Shown here: one piece after another, positions 60,228-64,000 of the stretch
Position numbering within the stretch: the first letter of the stretch is position 1
How the letters are laid out: each line of letters opens with the position of its first letter
Source of the DNA: Macrostomum hystrix
Taxonomy: Eukaryota; Animalia; Platyhelminthes
Assembly: GCA_950097015.1 (NCBI GenBank)
Contig: CATNEN010000039.1
Coordinates: 7,068,001-7,132,000 of the forward strand
Length of the DNA stretch: 64,000 nucleotides
Direction: 5' to 3'
Notes under the pieces: generated by a model
What the model was told of the DNA's origin: nothing
What the model saw: only the letters and a program-made list of their open reading frames with translations
Databases searched by the model: none
Position numbers and translations under genes: made by a program

Positions 60228-63200
60228 ATGGCTATGATAATTCGGCTGCAGAATCTATCATGGAGTGCGCAGGCGGCCGACATTAGGCGCTTTTTTTCTG
60301 GACTGTTTATACCGGAGGGAGGCGTCCATATTGTTGGCGGCGAATTCGGCGATGCGTTCATTACGTTTGGCGGCGAAGACGACGCCAGGTTGGCGTTGCG
60401 ATTGGATGGCCAGCAGCTCTGCGGCGAGATAGTTAAGCTTTTCATCAGTTCAACTAGCGAGATGCAGAATGTTGTGGCTCGAGCTAAGCAAGCAGCAGCA
60501 GCTGCTGCAGTCGTCCCTGCACTTCAGCCTCAGCACCAGCAGCAACTACCTCAGTCAACGACGAGTCGCCAGCCGCCTTTCGTCGCTACTGTTCCGCCTC
60601 CTAATGCTCTAATGCAACTGCCAACTACTCAACAGGTCAGAATTATATGATATCTCTTGTTTGCAGTACACTCATCTGCTTTGTTGGAACGCCTATGGGG
60701 TAATTTTTTATAGTGCGGAAAGTTTCGAATATGCTCTTGATTTTTAGTTAGGCTTACCTTCCTGTGAGACTCGGAAGGCACATGACACAAGTAAATCTAA
60801 GAATCGTAGGTCCAATACTTTTTCTCTCAATCTTAGACCTTCAACCTTAATATTTCAACAATAGCTGGCCTTTTCGTTATAGGTTGCATTAAGATCGAAG
60901 GCACACAATTGTTATCTAGTAATTAAGTAGCACGACTATATTAATCATAACCTTTTAAATTTCAGCCTCAGAGCTTCTCGCGGGATCTGGCTGTCGGATA
61001 TCCGCCAGAAAAACGTAGCCGAGGAGCCGCCGATCCTTACGGCTATGCTGACTACGACCACCAGACAGTGAGCAGCGTTGCCATGGCATCTGGCAAAGCA
61101 AGTGTTGATGACCACAGTATCAATTCTTCTGCAAAAATTCGTGATAATGCGTCAAGTTTCACAAGAACAGACGATAAAGCGTTCAACGGGCGTTCGCAGT
61201 ATCAGCGATCTAATGAAGTGGTTGACAGTGTCGGCTATATAAGAAAAGATAGATCTGATGCTGGTAATCAATTTCATTCAGAAGCAGGTGGCATGCTTCC
61301 TGCTGCCATGGATCGGTTTGAACCTGGTAGTGGCGTTCAATTTCAGTCTGGTCGGAGTCATGCTATTAGCGATCAATTTCCACACGGCAGCGGTCCGTTT
61401 CCGCCTAGTAGCGGTGATCGCATTCTACCTGGCAACGTTGATCAAGTTCAAACTGCCATCGGCGATAGATTTTCTTTGATGCGCAATTATCAGCGTTCAA
61501 ATGTCGGCAGCGAACGAAAACCACCAGGCAGTGGCAACGCCTACTTTAGACAGGAGCATCCCCAACTGACTGAACCAGAACCTGGCTTGCAGCTGCGTAG
61601 TGAAGTACCGTCACAACTGTATGCTCAATCCAACTGTGAACACGATCCTATAACTGCATTTAGCGGCAACATGAGCCAGCTCTATGCAAATCGGTTTATA
61701 AACCCTCATCATCCTGATCAACCTTCAGATCCAGCGAGTCATGCTGACAGAGATGAAGCTATAGCTCCTCACCTAGGAGGAAATCGTCGTGAACCTGTGC
61801 AGCAACAGCAATCTGGAGAGTTACCAAGACGAGATTTACAGCATAGCAGGTCTGAGAATCGTCAACACTACCCACAGAGTGGTGCTGAAAAATCGAATGT
61901 AGTGAGCGATTTTCCTCCACATCAGACATCGCAGCAGCGTCCGCCTCTTAATAGCCGCGCCAGAATAGATGCAGAAAAATCCGTTATGGCTTTCAATGAA
62001 CAATCAAATTCAAATGTTGAAGATTTGGCTTACTCATCTTTCAGTGAGCAGCGTATCTTGGCGAACGATTTCTTCCATTGGCCCTCGTTGCAAGAGACCA
62101 TGGGGCGCGGACGTGGTCGTGGCACTGGTCGCAGTGCTTTCACTGATAAAAACTTAGATCACACGCATCAGCAGGGTTTCGATTATCAAGAGAGACCAAT
62201 TGCAGTAAAAGACTACCAGTTCCAGTCTTCAGATGATGGAATCACTCAACACAGCTTCTTCGAAAGAGAATACGGCGAACAAGATATTCAAGGACATCAA
62301 GATGCTCTGTTACTAGAAACAAAGGAAAAGGTACATAGCTTTGAAGAGCGTTCTGATTTAACCAAAAAACGAGACGGTTTGACTGGTGTCTCCGAAAAAC
62401 GTGGCGGTGAATCCGGCTTTGCTGAAGAACAGGATCGCCACCCTGCCTTTACTGAAGGACGTGGCGGTGGACCTGGATTTTCTATGGGCCGTGGCAGTCG
62501 ACCTGGATTTTCCATAGGCCGTGGCGGTGGACCCGGATTTTCTATTGGCCGAGGCGGTCGACCTGGAGTTACCGAAGGCCGTGGCGGTGGACCAGGATTG
62601 TATGAAGGCCGTGGCAGTCGACCTGGATTTCCCGAAGCCCGTGGCGGTCGACCTGGATTTCCCGAAGCCCGTGGCGGTCGACCTGGATTTCCCGAAGGCC
62701 GTGGTGGTAGACCTGGATTTACCGAAGGCCGTGGTGGTAGACCTGGATTTACCGAAGGCCGTGGTGGTGGACCAGGATTGTCTGAAGGCCGTGGCAGTCG
62801 ACCTGGATTTCCTGAAGCCCGTGGCGGTCGACCTGGATTTCCTGAAGCCCGTGGCGGTCGACCTGGATTTCCTGAAGCCCGTGGCGGTCGACCTGGATTT
62901 CATGAAGCCCGTGGCGGTCGACTTGGATTTAACGAAGGTCGTGGCGGACGACCTGGAATTTCCGAAGGTCGTGGTGGTCGAGCTGGTTTTACCGAAGGAC
63001 TGGGCGGTCGGCCTGGATTTAACGAAAGACGCGGTGGTCGGCCTGGCTTTACAGAAGGACGCGGCGGTCAACGTGGTACCATCGAAGCTCGTGGCGTTCG
63101 ACAAGGATTCAATGAAGGACAAGGCAAACAGTCAGGCTTCATTGAGGAAAAAGATAGCTTATTTCAGGAGCATGACCTTTTGTCTAGCCCTTTTGAAGGG

Positions 63201-64000
63201 CGAAGTGGTGGTGGAGAATCAAGTATTTTAGAAGAATCGGGCAGGCATGTGGACTTTCAGGAAAGCGGTCCTAGTCATGCAGACTTTAATGAGGGTGGAG
63301 GCGATAAAACTAGATTTCAAGGACGATCTAGCTTCTCTGATGAAATTGTTGGCGAGACTTGTCTTTTGAAACATCCTTACGAGCAACCTTTAGAATCTGG
63401 AGCTCTTTCTAAGTACGCATTCTCTGAACGAAAAGGCCATCTTTCTGGCTTTTCTGTGAGCCGAGATAGCGGTTCGAATCTCACTGAACAACATGTAACC
63501 CATGTCACGTCACAGAAAGGCAGCCACCCGTTTGGTTCTAAAGAATCCGGTGTTGCTAATAAGAGAATTTTTTCTGCTAGACAAAGCGGTGTTTCTGGCT
63601 TCTCTGAAAGTGGAGAAAATTTGTCCGATACCACCGAAAGGCGAGTCTCTCAGTCAAGCCTTCTGGATGGTCCTCCAGACCATCTTATTCGTTTTGATGG
63701 ACGAAGCCTATTATCTGCATCAGAAGTTCAATCTTCTGATTTCTCTATTGGCCAGGATGTTCGACACGAAGCTAGTTACTCTACTGGAAAGGGTGGACAG
63801 GCGATGCGGGGCATGTCTAGTGACCAAGCTACTCTGCCTGGCAGTTCAAATCGCTCGAATGAACACCGGTCTTCTGAACGGGATTTTCAAGCCTCGAATT
63901 GTCTACCTCTTACTCGCACATCACCACTGATGCTTCCGCCGACCAGACTTCCAGAAGAACCTCGTCCTTTGATGGAAAATGCACTTCAGCCAAGGCCTGA
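60228..64000 (+). CDS. RBM12: RBM12/RBM12B-like RRM protein; continues beyond the window
   Basis: Exon 60228-60635 MAMIIRLQNLSWSAQAADIRRFFSGLFIPEGGVHIVGGEFGDAFITF..EDDARLAL (the RBM12 N-terminal RRM). Phase-0 exon from 60966 is in the same frame at 62460 and at 64000, with no stop seen. Confidence 0.88.
62457..63090 (+). repeat. Coding 30-bp repeat encoding ~21 RGG-box decapeptides
   Basis: Unit GGCCGTGGCGGTCGACCTGGATTTCCCGAA = GRGGRPGFPE in the RBM12 exon frame. Confidence 0.9.

Noticed and set aside
62358-63231. ORFs 62521-63231 (+) and 62358-63122 (-)
   Set aside because: Shadow frames of the RGG-encoding repeat. The RBM12 frame is missing from the track, probably because it has no stop within the window.

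Overview
A eukaryotic (metazoan) genomic window with GT-AG introns. The host is most likely a free-living flatworm such as Macrostomum; this is an inference from the very dense private minisatellites, the poly-Q/poly-A coding style and a lophotrochozoan-type GluCl. Host genes, with exon chains read by hand: WDFY2-like (5' end not found), a 9-exon Cys-loop anion channel with the flatworm/mollusc GluCl loop-A arginine, a disordered Q-rich protein with SILK and RVxF motifs, two tandem Shisa/WBP1-like six-cysteine membrane proteins with Arg/Ser/Tyr/Gly-rich N-termini, CDK10, APC11 and an RBM12-like gene running off the right edge. About 20 unrelated tandem arrays fill introns and intergenic gaps and generate most of the long ORFs in the track, which are spurious. 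Mobile DNA includes two MULE-type MITEs, a P-like MITE, two tRNA-derived SINE families, a DD32E IS630/Tc1/mariner element nested in a mariner relic, two tandem decayed Crypton-type tyrosine recombinase genes and a THAP relic. Two observations stand out. First, APC11 has no in-frame genomic ATG before its RING domain but has a phase-0 splice acceptor about 400 bp after the putative CDK10 poly(A) signal, which suggests a CDK10-APC11 operon with the start codon donated by a spliced leader. Second, the recombinase pair is associated with a lox-like 12-8-12 site and further copies of the same arm motif. No database searches were run, and array boundaries are approximate.
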